Positions 15,310 to 24,725 of a stretch of 34,467 nt of DNA are shown here, piece by piece. The notes below the pieces were generated by a model. That model saw only the letters and a list, made by a program, of their open reading frames with translations, did not search any database and was not told the origin of the DNA. Both the position numbers and the translations under genes were made by a program. The first letter of the stretch is position 1, and each line of letters begins with the position of its first letter. The stretch is from a virus. Its lineage: Duplodnaviria; Caudoviricetes. The stretch lies in IMG/VR virus record IMGVR_UViG_3300027764_000003, positions 1 through 34,467 of that record. One strand, written 5' to 3'.

Positions 15310-16461
15310 ATGACTACAAATACTTTGACCAATATGCTTCCCAATCTTTACGCTTCGCTGGATGTTGTTTCCCGCGAGCTGACTGGCCTGATTCCCGCCG
15401 TGACAATGGATGCTCGCGTTGACCGAGTGGCAAAGAATCAAACAGTTTACGTTCCAATCACTGCTGCCAATACTGCCGGGGGCGATATTACCCCAGCAAT
15501 GGCAGTGCCCGCAGAAGCTGACCAAGTGGTCGGCAATTCCGCGATCACGATCAGCAAATACCGCGCTTGGCCGTTCTCTTGGGACGGCGAAGAACAGCGC
15601 GGCTTGAATTCTGGCCCCGGCTACCCTGACATTCGCAACAACCAGATGATGCAGGCGATGCGCGCTGCGGTGAACGAGGTTGAAACTGATCTTGCTGCAT
15701 TGCAGAGCCAATTCAGCCGCGCAACTGGTGCTGCTGCTACCACTCCTTTCGGCACTTCTGGCAACTTTACCGATGCCACAAATGCGCTGAAAATCCTCAA
15801 GGATAACGGTGCTCCGGTCAGCGATAACCATCTGGTCATGAACACTACAGCAGGTGCCAAGTTCCTCGGCTTGCAGGGCAATTACGCTGTGGCCGCAGAT
15901 GACAGCATCATGCGTCAGGGCGTCTTCCTGACAACTGCGGGGATGATGCTGCGCGAGTCGGGCCAGATCGTCACTCAGACTGCGGGCAGTTTCTCTGCTG
16001 GCACTCTGACCTCTGCTGTGCGAGCTGTTGGCGCAACGGTTCTGGTAGCGACTGCGGATTATACTGCTGGCCTCGGTGCTGGTGACATTATCACTCTGGC
16101 GCACGAATCTGGTGTCAACCAGTACGTCATTCAGGCTGTTGCTGCTGGCTCGATCACTATTCAGGCTCCCGGCCTGCGTACTGCAACCGCTGCGACCGGC
16201 ACAGTGGCGATCACGAAAGTGGCGACCTCTGCCCGTAACATGGCCTTCAACAGAAGCGCAATCGTGCTGGCTACCCGCCTGCCCGAACGTCCCGTCGAAG
16301 GCGATATGGCGATTGACGTGTCTGCTGTTACTGACCCGCGCTCCGGCCTGACTTTCGAGGTAGCGGTATATCCCGGCTACCGCAAAGTGCGCTATGAGAT
16401 CGCTCTGGCTTGGGGCGTGAAGCTGATTAAGCCCGAGCACACCGCTCTGCTGCTCGGTTGA
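15310..16461 (+). CDS. Major capsid protein (P22 coat-like)
   Basis: 383 aa after the scaffold gene. LDVVSRELTGLIPAV start, AFNRSAIVLATRLP, WGVKLIKPEH end. Confidence 0.9.
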   Translation: MTTNTLTNMLPNLYASLDVVSRELTGLIPAVTMDARVDRVAKNQTVYVPITAANTAGGDITPAMAVPAEADQVVGNSAITISKYRAWPFSWDGEEQRGLNSGPGYPDIRNNQMMQAMRAAVNEVETDLAALQSQFSRATGAAATTPFGTSGNFTDATNALKILKDNGAPVSDNHLVMNTTAGAKFLGLQGNYAVAADDSIMRQGVFLTTAGMMLRESGQIVTQTAGSFSAGTLTSAVRAVGATVLVATADYTAGLGAGDIITLAHESGVNQYVIQAVAAGSITIQAPGLRTATAATGTVAITKVATSARNMAFNRSAIVLATRLPERPVEGDMAIDVSAVTDPRSGLTFEVAVYPGYRKVRYEIALAWGVKLIKPEHTALLLG

Positions 16462-16467
16462 TAGCCC

Positions 16468-16506
16468 AAGCCCCTTGCCCCCGAGTAAATCGGGGTCAGG
16501 GGGTTT
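16468..16506 (+). terminator. Hairpin/terminator after the capsid gene
   Basis: GCCCCTTG-CCCCGA(GTAAA)TCGGGG-CAGGGGGT stem followed by a short T run. Confidence 0.6.
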
Positions 16507-16533
16507 CCACGATCATCCAAGCAGGACACTCCA

Positions 16534-17055
16534 ATGACTTTAATCGTCGAAGATGGCACCGGCAAAACTAACGCCGAATCTTTTGTCAGCGTAGCAGACG
16601 CAACGACTTATCACGCTGCGCGAGGCAATGCTGCTTGGGCTGCGCTCGCCTCCGACACGATTCGGGAACAATGCCTGAGACGCGCCACCGATTACATGGA
16701 ACAGGCGTATCGTAATCGCTGGGCTGGCTATCGAGTAACGAGCACGCAGTCGCTTTCATGGCCGCGCTCTTGGGTGCCGATGGAAGACGTAGACTACATT
16801 GCCACTTACTACCCAAATGACGCTGTGCCGGTGCTGGTAGCCAACGCTTGCGCTGAATTGGCGCTGAAGGCGGCGACCGCCACCCTGCTATCAGATCAAA
16901 GCCAAATGGTCACCAGTGAAGGCGTGGGGCCGCTGGCGGTCACTTATGACAAGTACAGCAACCAAGAAATCAGATATGCGGCTGTTGATGCCATGCTTGC
17001 GGTCATGTTCTCGAACGGCGGGTCATCTATTCAGATGAAAGTGATTAGAAAGTGA
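16534..17055 (+). CDS. Head-tail adaptor (family often annotated as DnaT-like)
   Basis: LIVEDGTG, ESFVSV, QSLSWPR, ACAELAL. Follows the capsid gene. Confidence 0.8.
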   Translation: MTLIVEDGTGKTNAESFVSVADATTYHAARGNAAWAALASDTIREQCLRRATDYMEQAYRNRWAGYRVTSTQSLSWPRSWVPMEDVDYIATYYPNDAVPVLVANACAELALKAATATLLSDQSQMVTSEGVGPLAVTYDKYSNQEIRYAAVDAMLAVMFSNGGSSIQMKVIRK

Positions 17056-17417
17056 GCTTTGATTACGCGAAATCCCAAGCTACCGCCACCAAGCTGCTGA
17101 CAAAATTCGGTCAGACAGTGACGCGCAGAACTTACAGCGCCGGGGCATATAGCACTTCAACGGGAATTAGCGTACAGACTACGGCAGACACCAGCAGAAT
17201 TGGAGTGCTGCTTGATTACGAAAACAAAGGAGAGCGGTATATTTCTGGAAATCTAATTCAAATTGAAGACAAGAAATTGCTGCTTGATGGCGCAGGAGCT
17301 GCCGCGCTGACTGATCGCTATATAGTCCAAAGCGTCGAATATTCTGTGCTTTCGGTTATGGAATTAAAGCCAGCAGCAACGACCGTAATGTTTGAATTGC
17401 ATCTGAGGGTGTCATGA
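17052..17417 (+). CDS. Head closure / head-tail connector protein
   Basis: Position, size and LLTKFGQ...EDKKLL pattern. Confidence 0.7.
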   Translation: MSFDYAKSQATATKLLTKFGQTVTRRTYSAGAYSTSTGISVQTTADTSRIGVLLDYENKGERYISGNLIQIEDKKLLLDGAGAAALTDRYIVQSVEYSVLSVMELKPAATTVMFELHLRVS

Positions 17418-17872
17418 CATTTACTGTCGACCTGAGCAAATTCTGCACAGAAGAAGCGCCTCAGAAAATGAGCGAGATCGTTCGTGAGGTTGTGATCGAG
17501 ATCATGCAGAGAGTGTTGACCCGATCACCCGTAGGAGACCCTGATCTGTGGCTGGCAAAAGTTGATGGCGAATACGTCGATTTTCTTTCTGTTCGCGATG
17601 CGCCTGCCGGGTATGTAGGCGGGCACTTTCGCCACAATTGGCAATACGGATTCAACTCTGAGCCATCTGGCGAACTGGGTGGCGTGCAAAATGATGCGCT
17701 TTCTCGCGTTAAAAGATCGCTCCCGGTAAAGGCTGGCGGGATGCACTGGATTGTGAACAACACGCCATATGCAGAGCGACTGGAAACGGGATGGTCAAGC
17801 CAAGCACCACAAGGAATGGTCGGTCTGACTGAGCTGGAATTCCCGCAGATCGTGAAGGAGATTACTGGATGA
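17414..17872 (+). CDS. Tail completion protein (HK97 gp10-like)
   Basis: SPVGDP, GHFRHNWQ, NNTPYAERLETGWSSQAPQGMV. Confidence 0.8.
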   Translation: MTFTVDLSKFCTEEAPQKMSEIVREVVIEIMQRVLTRSPVGDPDLWLAKVDGEYVDFLSVRDAPAGYVGGHFRHNWQYGFNSEPSGELGGVQNDALSRVKRSLPVKAGGMHWIVNNTPYAERLETGWSSQAPQGMVGLTELEFPQIVKEITG

Positions 17873-18273
17873 GCGCAGTTTCTATTCGTGCCGCTCTGGA
17901 GACAGCACTGGCAGCAATGTCACCATCCCTTGCTACGGCGTGGGAGAACGTCAAGCTGACACCGCCAGTGACCTCAACAGAGTTTCAGACGGCCACCCTG
18001 ATGTTTGCACAGCCAGACAATACGTCTTACGGCTCCGGCTACAGGGAGCTTGGTATATTGCAGGTTGATCTGAATTATCCGGAACAATCTGGCTCCTCAG
18101 CGGCATACACAAGGGCGGGACTGTTGCGCTCTACATTTAGGCGTGGTGCGACGTTTACAAGTGGTGGGGTTACTGTTGTAATTGATCGAACGCCGGAAAT
18201 TATGGCGGGTAGGAATCAAGGCGGGCGCTACGTCTTGCCTGTTCGCATTCGCTTTTTTGCACAACTTTTTTGA
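17869..18273 (+). CDS. Tail terminator-like protein
   Basis: TAWENV, GILQVDLNYP, FRRG. Precedes the tail tube gene. Confidence 0.75.
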   Translation: MSAVSIRAALETALAAMSPSLATAWENVKLTPPVTSTEFQTATLMFAQPDNTSYGSGYRELGILQVDLNYPEQSGSSAAYTRAGLLRSTFRRGATFTSGGVTVVIDRTPEIMAGRNQGGRYVLPVRIRFFAQLF

Positions 18274-18282
18274 GGATAAATC

Positions 18283-19488
18283 ATGCCAATTGCAAGTGGA
18301 ATTTTAAAAGTAAGCTCATTCAAAAAGCAAACCGCTCTCGGTTCCGGCTCCACAGGTTCCGGTGGCACTGAACTTCGCCGTGTGACGAGCATTTTCACGG
18401 CTCCGGTTGACACGTACACGTCAAACGAAATCCAGACGCACCACCAATCAACCGGGGCTTCCATTGGCCTGCACAGGGCAGTTGGTGCAATCAACGGCGA
18501 GCTGTCTGCTGCAACTTACTCTGGTTTGATCGGTTCTATTCTGGAAAAAGACTTTGCAACCGGGGTTAACTCCACCGCGCTGACGCTGACCTACGGCGGC
18601 ACTGCTGGCGCGTGGACTGTTGCGCGTGCGACAGGCACATTCCTGACCGATGGTTTTAAAGTTGGTGATGTAATTCGGGCTTCTGGCGGTAGCGTTGCTG
18701 CAAACAACACGCGCAACTTCCTTGTGACTGCCGTCGTTGCCCTGACGATTACATTCATTGCGCTCGATGCTGCTACCGTAACCGCTGGCAGCTCGACCAC
18801 AACCACGCTGACAGTGACTGGCAAAAAGACATTTGCGCCGAGCACTGGTCACACCAAGGACTACTATACGTTTGAGGAATTCTACTCAGACCTGACCAAA
18901 TCGGAAACATTCAAAGATTGCCGAATTGGTCAGATTGATGTGGCGCTGCCTGCTACCGGAAATGCTACGATTGCGATCAACACAGTAGGCTTGTCTCGAA
19001 CGCTCGGGACTTCACAGGTGCTGACCACTCCGACTGCAACAACTACCGGCATCATGAACGCCACGAACGGCGTGATTCTGATTAATGGCACCCGGCAGAC
19101 TGTAGCGACTGGTATCAATTTCAGCATTACGAACTCTGCTGAAAATGCTGGCGCTGTAATCGGCTCAAACTTCGGACAGGACGTGACCACCGGCAAGATC
19201 ATGGTGTCAGGTACTTTTACCGCTCAATTCGATTCGACCACAATCCAAGCATTGTTTGATGCTGAGACCGATATTTCTATCAACGTCGTGCTGACTGCTG
19301 ACAACACCGGGGCAAGCGATTTCGTTGCTTTCACCCTGCCGCTTGTCAAGCTGACAGACGATGCTCCTGATGATGGCGAAAAAGCGATTATCCGTACTTA
19401 TCCTTTCGTTGCGGAGTACAATGCAGGCGGCGGGACAGGTATCAATTCTGAGAAAACAATTCTAAGCTGCCAGGATTCCGCAGCTTAA
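18283..19488 (+). CDS. Major tail tube protein
   Basis: 401 aa, Thr/Gly-rich, SNEI and GAINGELS motifs. Upstream of the chaperone and tape measure genes. No sheath gene is present. Confidence 0.85.
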   Translation: MPIASGILKVSSFKKQTALGSGSTGSGGTELRRVTSIFTAPVDTYTSNEIQTHHQSTGASIGLHRAVGAINGELSAATYSGLIGSILEKDFATGVNSTALTLTYGGTAGAWTVARATGTFLTDGFKVGDVIRASGGSVAANNTRNFLVTAVVALTITFIALDAATVTAGSSTTTTLTVTGKKTFAPSTGHTKDYYTFEEFYSDLTKSETFKDCRIGQIDVALPATGNATIAINTVGLSRTLGTSQVLTTPTATTTGIMNATNGVILINGTRQTVATGINFSITNSAENAGAVIGSNFGQDVTTGKIMVSGTFTAQFDSTTIQALFDAETDISINVVLTADNTGASDFVAFTLPLVKLTDDAPDDGEKAIIRTYPFVAEYNAGGGTGINSEKTILSCQDSAA

Positions 19489-19502
19489 AAACGCGCACCC
19501 TG

Positions 19503-19563
19503 CCCGCCGACCTCACTTTGCCGTGGGGAAGGCGGGAAAGAGCACACACACGGCAAATTGAGG
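19503..19563 (+). promoter_or_regulatory. Two-conformation RNA element over the tail-chaperone RBS
   Basis: CCTCA-c-TTTGCCGTG (19511-19525) can pair with CACGGCAAA-t-TGAGG (19549-19563, includes the SD) or fold within the hairpin CCCGCC...GGCGGG. Confidence 0.6.
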
Positions 19564-19571
19564 CAATAAAA

Positions 19572-19952
19572 ATGATTTCATTAGATGATCTGAATGCAAT
19601 GACTGCTGGCGAGACCCCTTATGAATTTGAATATAAATTCAACAACGGGAAATCCTCTGGAGTATTTCTGCAAGTGCTTGGCTCTGAATCCGAAAAGGTA
19701 TCAATTGAAACTGCCAGCATCATGGCAGCAGAGCGCGCCAGAAAAATAGCGACAGAGGCAACCGGGAAAGACTACGAATTTGATGCTGTTAAAATTGGCA
19801 AAGAATTGGCTGCTGCTCGCATAGTCGGCTGGCGTGGAATCAAAGAAGAATTTACTCCAGATAATGCGAAAAAGTTGTGCATGACCAATCAGATGATTGC
19901 CGATCAGGTATTGCAGAAAAGCAATTCGCTGGAAAATTTTATCAAGCTCTGA
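19572..19952 (+). CDS. Tail assembly chaperone (gpG-like)
   Basis: ATG19572 after GAGG. Lies between the tube and tape measure genes. RIVGWRGI motif. Confidence 0.85.
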   Translation: MISLDDLNAMTAGETPYEFEYKFNNGKSSGVFLQVLGSESEKVSIETASIMAAERARKIATEATGKDYEFDAVKIGKELAAARIVGWRGIKEEFTPDNAKKLCMTNQMIADQVLQKSNSLENFIKL

Positions 19953-20275
19953 CAGCCGATCTTGTAAGATGGGCAAGGTCAGAGCGAGAATTGAGCGAAC
20001 GGCAAGGCGATGGCGCTACGCTTCGTCAGCACCTGATAAGTCTTGAAGGAAAAACCCGCAAACCACACGAAATGCTTTCAGGCCGAAAGCCCCTTAGAAG
20101 CGACGCGCAATATCTTTGGGGCTGGTGGCTTGAAATGCGATCAGATCAAGGCGCTCAAGGTTCTGTAAATTCAAAGTCGATGCAAGATTGGCAATGGTTG
20201 ACAGGTAACCGGCTCAACATGAAAGAGCGCAAGATTATCCAGACACTTGAAGCAACTTGGAGAAACGCCGAATGA
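19934..20275 (+). CDS. Frameshifted tail chaperone extension (gpGT-like), reached by -1 slip at A AAT TTT
   Basis: XXXYYYZ heptamer AAATTTT at 19934-19940, in register just before the stop. The -1 frame is open to 20275 (FYQALTADL...YLWGWWLEM). Confidence 0.8.
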   Translation, partial: KFYQALTADLVRWARSERELSERQGDGATLRQHLISLEGKTRKPHEMLSGRKPLRSDAQYLWGWWLEMRSDQGAQGSVNSKSMQDWQWLTGNRLNMKERKIIQTLEATWRNAE

Positions 20276-23200
20276 CAACAGAAGCATCGTTAAAACTCGG
20301 CGTCGATTCAACGGAAGTTAAGACCGCCGAAAAAGCTCTTGCAGACCTTGCCAAGACCGGCTCGACTGCGGAACAGGCGACCAAAAACCTTGGGGATGAA
20401 GCCAAAAAAGCTGCTGCTGCGTCTACTCAGATGAGCACTGGTTTTTCCGGGGCTACCTCCAGCATAAAAAACCTTGTCGGTGCTTACGTCTCTTTCCAAG
20501 CAGTAAAGTCTGTCCTTACTGGTGTTATCACCACGACGGCAGAATTCAGCCAGTCGATTGCAAACCTGTCTGCGATTACCGGGGCCAGTGGTAAAGACCT
20601 AGAATTCTACGCAGAGCAAGCAAGAGAGATTGGACGCAGTACAACCATATCGGCATCGCAAGCCGCTGAAGGTTTTAAGCTGATTGCTTCTGCAAAGCCT
20701 GACTTGCTAGCGAGTGCTGAGGCTCTTGCCGAGGTTACGAATCAGGCGGTAATTCTTTCTGAAGCCACCGGCTCAACTCTTGCCGAGTCTGCGAGTGCTC
20801 TCGGCTCTGCACTTAATCAATTTCAACTTCCTGCCTCTGACGCGAGCCGGGTGATTAACGCTCTTGCTGCTTCATCAAAATTCGGAACAGCCGAAGTTGG
20901 TGCTGTTACCGAGGCGATGCGCAACGCCGGTTCTGCTGCTAACTCTTTGGGACTGGACTTTGAAGAAACCGTCGCAGGTATTCAAGCACTGGCGGCATCT
21001 GGTCGCCAAGGTGCTGATGCGGGCACAGCATTGCGTCAGGTGTTGCTCAAGCTGGAATCCACCGGCAACGACAATCTGCAACCGTCGCTGGTCGGTCTTG
21101 TCGGTGCGCTTGATGAATTAAAGTCCATGAATTTGGACAACACACAACTGATGGACTTGTTCGGACAGGAAGCATTTACAGCGGCGACTTCCCTGCTGGC
21201 GCAATCGGATGTTGCCAAGGAGTTGAATGTTTCGCTTCGCGGAACGAACACCGCCGTCGAGCAAGCATCTATAAACATGAACACTTTGAGCGCCGATTAC
21301 CTCAAAGCACAAAACGCAGCGCAAGATTTGCAGATCGCATTTGGCGAAAAACTAGAGCCAGTGCTCCGAGATATTGCAAAAGGATTTATTGGAATAACTC
21401 AGGCAACTACTAATTTTATAGAGTCTGACGATTTTTCAAAGTGGGCAGATAGAGCGGGAACTACGGTGGAAATTTTAGCCACTGTAATTGGTGCTCGGCT
21501 TGTAGCATCAGTGAGCGCTTCTGCTGGAGCTTTTTTAATTGCCACGCAACAATCTTTGGCTTACCAAGCTGCCCTTGCAAGAATAGCAGGCGTTTCTGCT
21601 ACTGCTGCAATTTCTCAGACTGCGCTTGCTGGCGCAATATCGTTGGCAGGCGGGTGGGTAGGCGTTGCTGTACTAGCCTCCGTCGCGGTTTACAAACTTG
21701 TTGATGCGTACATGGATCACAACGAGGCCGCGCGCGAGGTTGAGACTGCTTCCTTCCTTGCTCAAAACGGGATTCATTTAGCGGGCGAAGAATTTGCGGA
21801 CGTGGTTGCAAAAATTGATGCAGCAACGCAATCCCTTCGTGAATACGTCAATGCGGGCGGCGCTCTGTCCGGCATGATCGAGAAGGGCAGACAAGAAGCA
21901 GCGCAGAGAGCGAGAGACGCAATTGCTGCTCGCAATGCCACCGATGCCAGTACAGATTCGATTGTTGAAAACACCGTTCGGACTAAAGAGCAGATCGCAG
22001 AGCTTCGCAAGTCTGCGGTGGCTCTAGATCATGGCGCATTTTCTACAGCTAAAAAGACAGAGGCCGTTCACGCGCTGATTGATTCGCTTTCTGCAGTGCG
22101 GCTTTCGTACTCCGAAAACATCGCCAAGATGAACGAGACGACCTTTGTCATGCAGGGCGTGACTGCTGCGACGGAGGGACTTGCTGCCGCAAGCGAAGAC
22201 ACCAGCGAGGTGATGACAGAAGCATCGAGGGCCGCAACAGAAAGCTGGGGCCGCACTCACGAATATCTGACCAACGCATTTATTGACATATCCAACGATG
22301 GCGGCTCGGCGTTTGAAAAGATTGCCGATTCAGCCGTGCAGTCAGTCAAGCGCATCATTGCCGAATGGCTGGCGATGAAAGCTATGGTTATGCTCGGCAT
22401 ACCTGTACCGGCAAGCATTGGCGGATCTGTCGGCAGCTCTGCTGTCGGCTCTGTCGCGTCCTCTGCCGCGCAATCTGCTATCGGCTCGGCGGTTGTAGGC
22501 TCTGGCGTCGGGCAGTTCGTGGCGGGCGCCACAGGAACGGCAACAGGCATTGCTGCGGGCACTATGGGGCCACCGACTGCTGCCGCTGCTGCCGGTGCTG
22601 GCTCGATGGCAACCATCACCGCATTAGCAACCAACCCGGCAACGATTGCGATAGCTGCTGCGCTGGCGCTGGCGTATGCAGCAAAAAATGATTTCTTCAA
22701 AGACCCCGACAATTACCAGCGATCATTCGCTGGGCTGCTAACAGCTCCCACAACAGGGGCGCAAGGCAGCACATTTGAGGTAGACCCGTTTGCCTCTGGC
22801 TTCAGGGCAACAGGTATTGCTCGCAACGCTTCGCAAGAAACAGCGATGGCTCAGATTGATGTTTTCCGCCAGCTTGATGCTGCTGGCGCGGAGCTGGTAA
22901 GGAAGCTCGGGGGCGTAGTAGACCTGAGCATGGCAACGCTTGCCGGTGTAGGTCAAGAAGGCACAGCGGGCACTGCTGGAACGTTCCTTGGCACTGGCGG
23001 CATGACAACTGCGGCTGACATTGCCGCCATGACTGATCTTTACATGACGCAGTTTGCCGACCATATCACTGGCCTCGATGCAGAGTTGCTGAAGGCCGTG
23101 CAATCCGCCGGGTCTGCGGAGGAGGTGATGAAGCTGCTGACGGATTCCGTCGCTGAGATTTCCGACACTGCGAAGACTTCTGCCGCCGAACTCACCCACA

Positions 23201-23802
23201 TGGAGCAAGCAAGAAAGAGTGCCAGCGAGTCGGTACTGGCGGCATACAACAGCGGTCTGTCGGAATTGGATTCGATTGAAAAAGCATACGAGGCTTTCCA
23301 GAAATACGCCGAGCGCGGGCTTACTGCGGAACACATTTCCGATTTTACAGGCTTGATGGAGTCTGAGATCAATGCGGTGATTGCGCGTGGCGCTGCTCGC
23401 ATTCAATCGGTAATGACAAGTGCTGATTTCTCAACTCCGGTAACGTCTCCGTTCCAGCAATCAATTCGGGATGCGCTGGCAAAGAACACGCAGGACAATT
23501 CTTACGCCGGGTTTATGGGGCCGCAGTCGTTTAATCTTCCTGAAGTTAATCCTCTTATTCCACTTAATGGCTCGTTTGCCAATGGCGTGGACTACGTTGG
23601 GTTTGATGGCCCTGCTATGCTGCACAGAGGCGAAAAAGTAACCAGTGTTGCAGAGCGCAATAGTGATGCTATTTCAAGCAGGCGCATGGCCGCAGAAATG
23701 AGCGAGCTGAGGCAAGAAATACGGGAACAGAAAGTGTACAATCGACGCACGTTTGAAATTCTTGATCGCTGGGCTGGTTCCAACTTTACGGTGATTGTGT
23801 AA
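20272..23802 (+). CDS. Tape measure protein (TP901-family core)
   Basis: ~1176 aa, Ala-rich and helical. NLSAITGA and GRQGADAGTALR core. ATGA overlap at 20272. Confidence 0.95.
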   Translation: MTTEASLKLGVDSTEVKTAEKALADLAKTGSTAEQATKNLGDEAKKAAAASTQMSTGFSGATSSIKNLVGAYVSFQAVKSVLTGVITTTAEFSQSIANLSAITGASGKDLEFYAEQAREIGRSTTISASQAAEGFKLIASAKPDLLASAEALAEVTNQAVILSEATGSTLAESASALGSALNQFQLPASDASRVINALAASSKFGTAEVGAVTEAMRNAGSAANSLGLDFEETVAGIQALAASGRQGADAGTALRQVLLKLESTGNDNLQPSLVGLVGALDELKSMNLDNTQLMDLFGQEAFTAATSLLAQSDVAKELNVSLRGTNTAVEQASINMNTLSADYLKAQNAAQDLQIAFGEKLEPVLRDIAKGFIGITQATTNFIESDDFSKWADRAGTTVEILATVIGARLVASVSASAGAFLIATQQSLAYQAALARIAGVSATAAISQTALAGAISLAGGWVGVAVLASVAVYKLVDAYMDHNEAAREVETASFLAQNGIHLAGEEFADVVAKIDAATQSLREYVNAGGALSGMIEKGRQEAAQRARDAIAARNATDASTDSIVENTVRTKEQIAELRKSAVALDHGAFSTAKKTEAVHALIDSLSAVRLSYSENIAKMNETTFVMQGVTAATEGLAAASEDTSEVMTEASRAATESWGRTHEYLTNAFIDISNDGGSAFEKIADSAVQSVKRIIAEWLAMKAMVMLGIPVPASIGGSVGSSAVGSVASSAAQSAIGSAVVGSGVGQFVAGATGTATGIAAGTMGPPTAAAAAGAGSMATITALATNPATIAIAAALALAYAAKNDFFKDPDNYQRSFAGLLTAPTTGAQGSTFEVDPFASGFRATGIARNASQETAMAQIDVFRQLDAAGAELVRKLGGVVDLSMATLAGVGQEGTAGTAGTFLGTGGMTTAADIAAMTDLYMTQFADHITGLDAELLKAVQSAGSAEEVMKLLTDSVAEISDTAKTSAAELTHMEQARKSASESVLAAYNSGLSELDSIEKAYEAFQKYAERGLTAEHISDFTGLMESEINAVIARGAARIQSVMTSADFSTPVTSPFQQSIRDALAKNTQDNSYAGFMGPQSFNLPEVNPLIPLNGSFANGVDYVGFDGPAMLHRGEKVTSVAERNSDAISSRRMAAEMSELRQEIREQKVYNRRTFEILDRWAGSNFTVIV

Positions 23803-24725
23803 TGGCTGCATCTGACTTTAAGTTAATCCGACCAATTACGATTGTTGATGCTATCGTCACGGCAAACAACGTGACGGAAGCCGACACCACCGAATGGCTT
23901 CCTGCAACTAATTTTTCTACTGGTCAGACTTGCATGGTGACAACCACGGCAAACGGTGCCGACGTTGCTACTCACGGTATTTACAAGTCAATCCATCCGG
24001 GCACCAATTCCGGACACGACCCTACGGACGCAACCGGGCCTGTAAATTGGACCCTGACTGGCTACACGAACGCTTGGAAAATGTTTGATGCTGAGTATCA
24101 AACCCAGACCGTTTTTGCAGACACAATCGAAGTTGAATTTACTCCTGTTGTCGGCATCACTTCGGTGGCTCTCCTGAACGTAGAGGCAGCGAGCGCAACA
24201 ATCCTGCAAGGCACGACTGGCTACACTGAAACAAAAAGCCTGACAAATCACGGAGTGCTTACTTGGTACGATTGGTTTTTTGAGTCTCCGGTTCGCATTG
24301 CTGACGTGGTGTTCTCTGATATTCCTCCTTATGCTGGCAACACGATGACAGTAACGCTGGACAATACCGGGTACGATGCCAAATGTGGCATAATGGTTAT
24401 AGGTAAAGAAAAAGTATTGGGCGCTACTCAGTGGGAAGCCAATCGAAGTATTAACGACTACTCTCAAGCGGTTGAATCAGCCACTGGAACGGTTTCCTTA
24501 ACTCAGGGCGCATACTCAAAACGGCTGAACATGGATTTCAAGGTGACTCCGGGTTTCGAATCCGAAGCCACACGAATTTTGGAAGAATATCGAGCTACGC
24601 CGATTGTGTTCGTAGGGTCAGAAGATTACTCGATGACGATCATTTATGGCTTCTTGGGTTCTTGGGCCGTTCCAATATCAAACACCGGGCGCAATGCGTT
24701 TGTTGAAATCAAAGGACTTATCTAA
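23802..24725 (+). CDS. Tail tip / distal tail protein
   Basis: Directly after the tape measure gene. TNAWKMFD, INDYS and YSKR motifs. Confidence 0.7.
   Translation: MAASDFKLIRPITIVDAIVTANNVTEADTTEWLPATNFSTGQTCMVTTTANGADVATHGIYKSIHPGTNSGHDPTDATGPVNWTLTGYTNAWKMFDAEYQTQTVFADTIEVEFTPVVGITSVALLNVEAASATILQGTTGYTETKSLTNHGVLTWYDWFFESPVRIADVVFSDIPPYAGNTMTVTLDNTGYDAKCGIMVIGKEKVLGATQWEANRSINDYSQAVESATGTVSLTQGAYSKRLNMDFKVTPGFESEATRILEEYRATPIVFVGSEDYSMTIIYGFLGSWAVPISNTGRNAFVEIKGLI

Noticed and set aside
14428-16440. 670-aa minus-strand ORF
   Set aside because: It is the antisense shadow of the scaffold and capsid genes, with no motifs or evident RBS.
16534-17055. DnaT-like replication protein
   Set aside because: Its position between the capsid and tail-completion genes indicates a head-tail adaptor.
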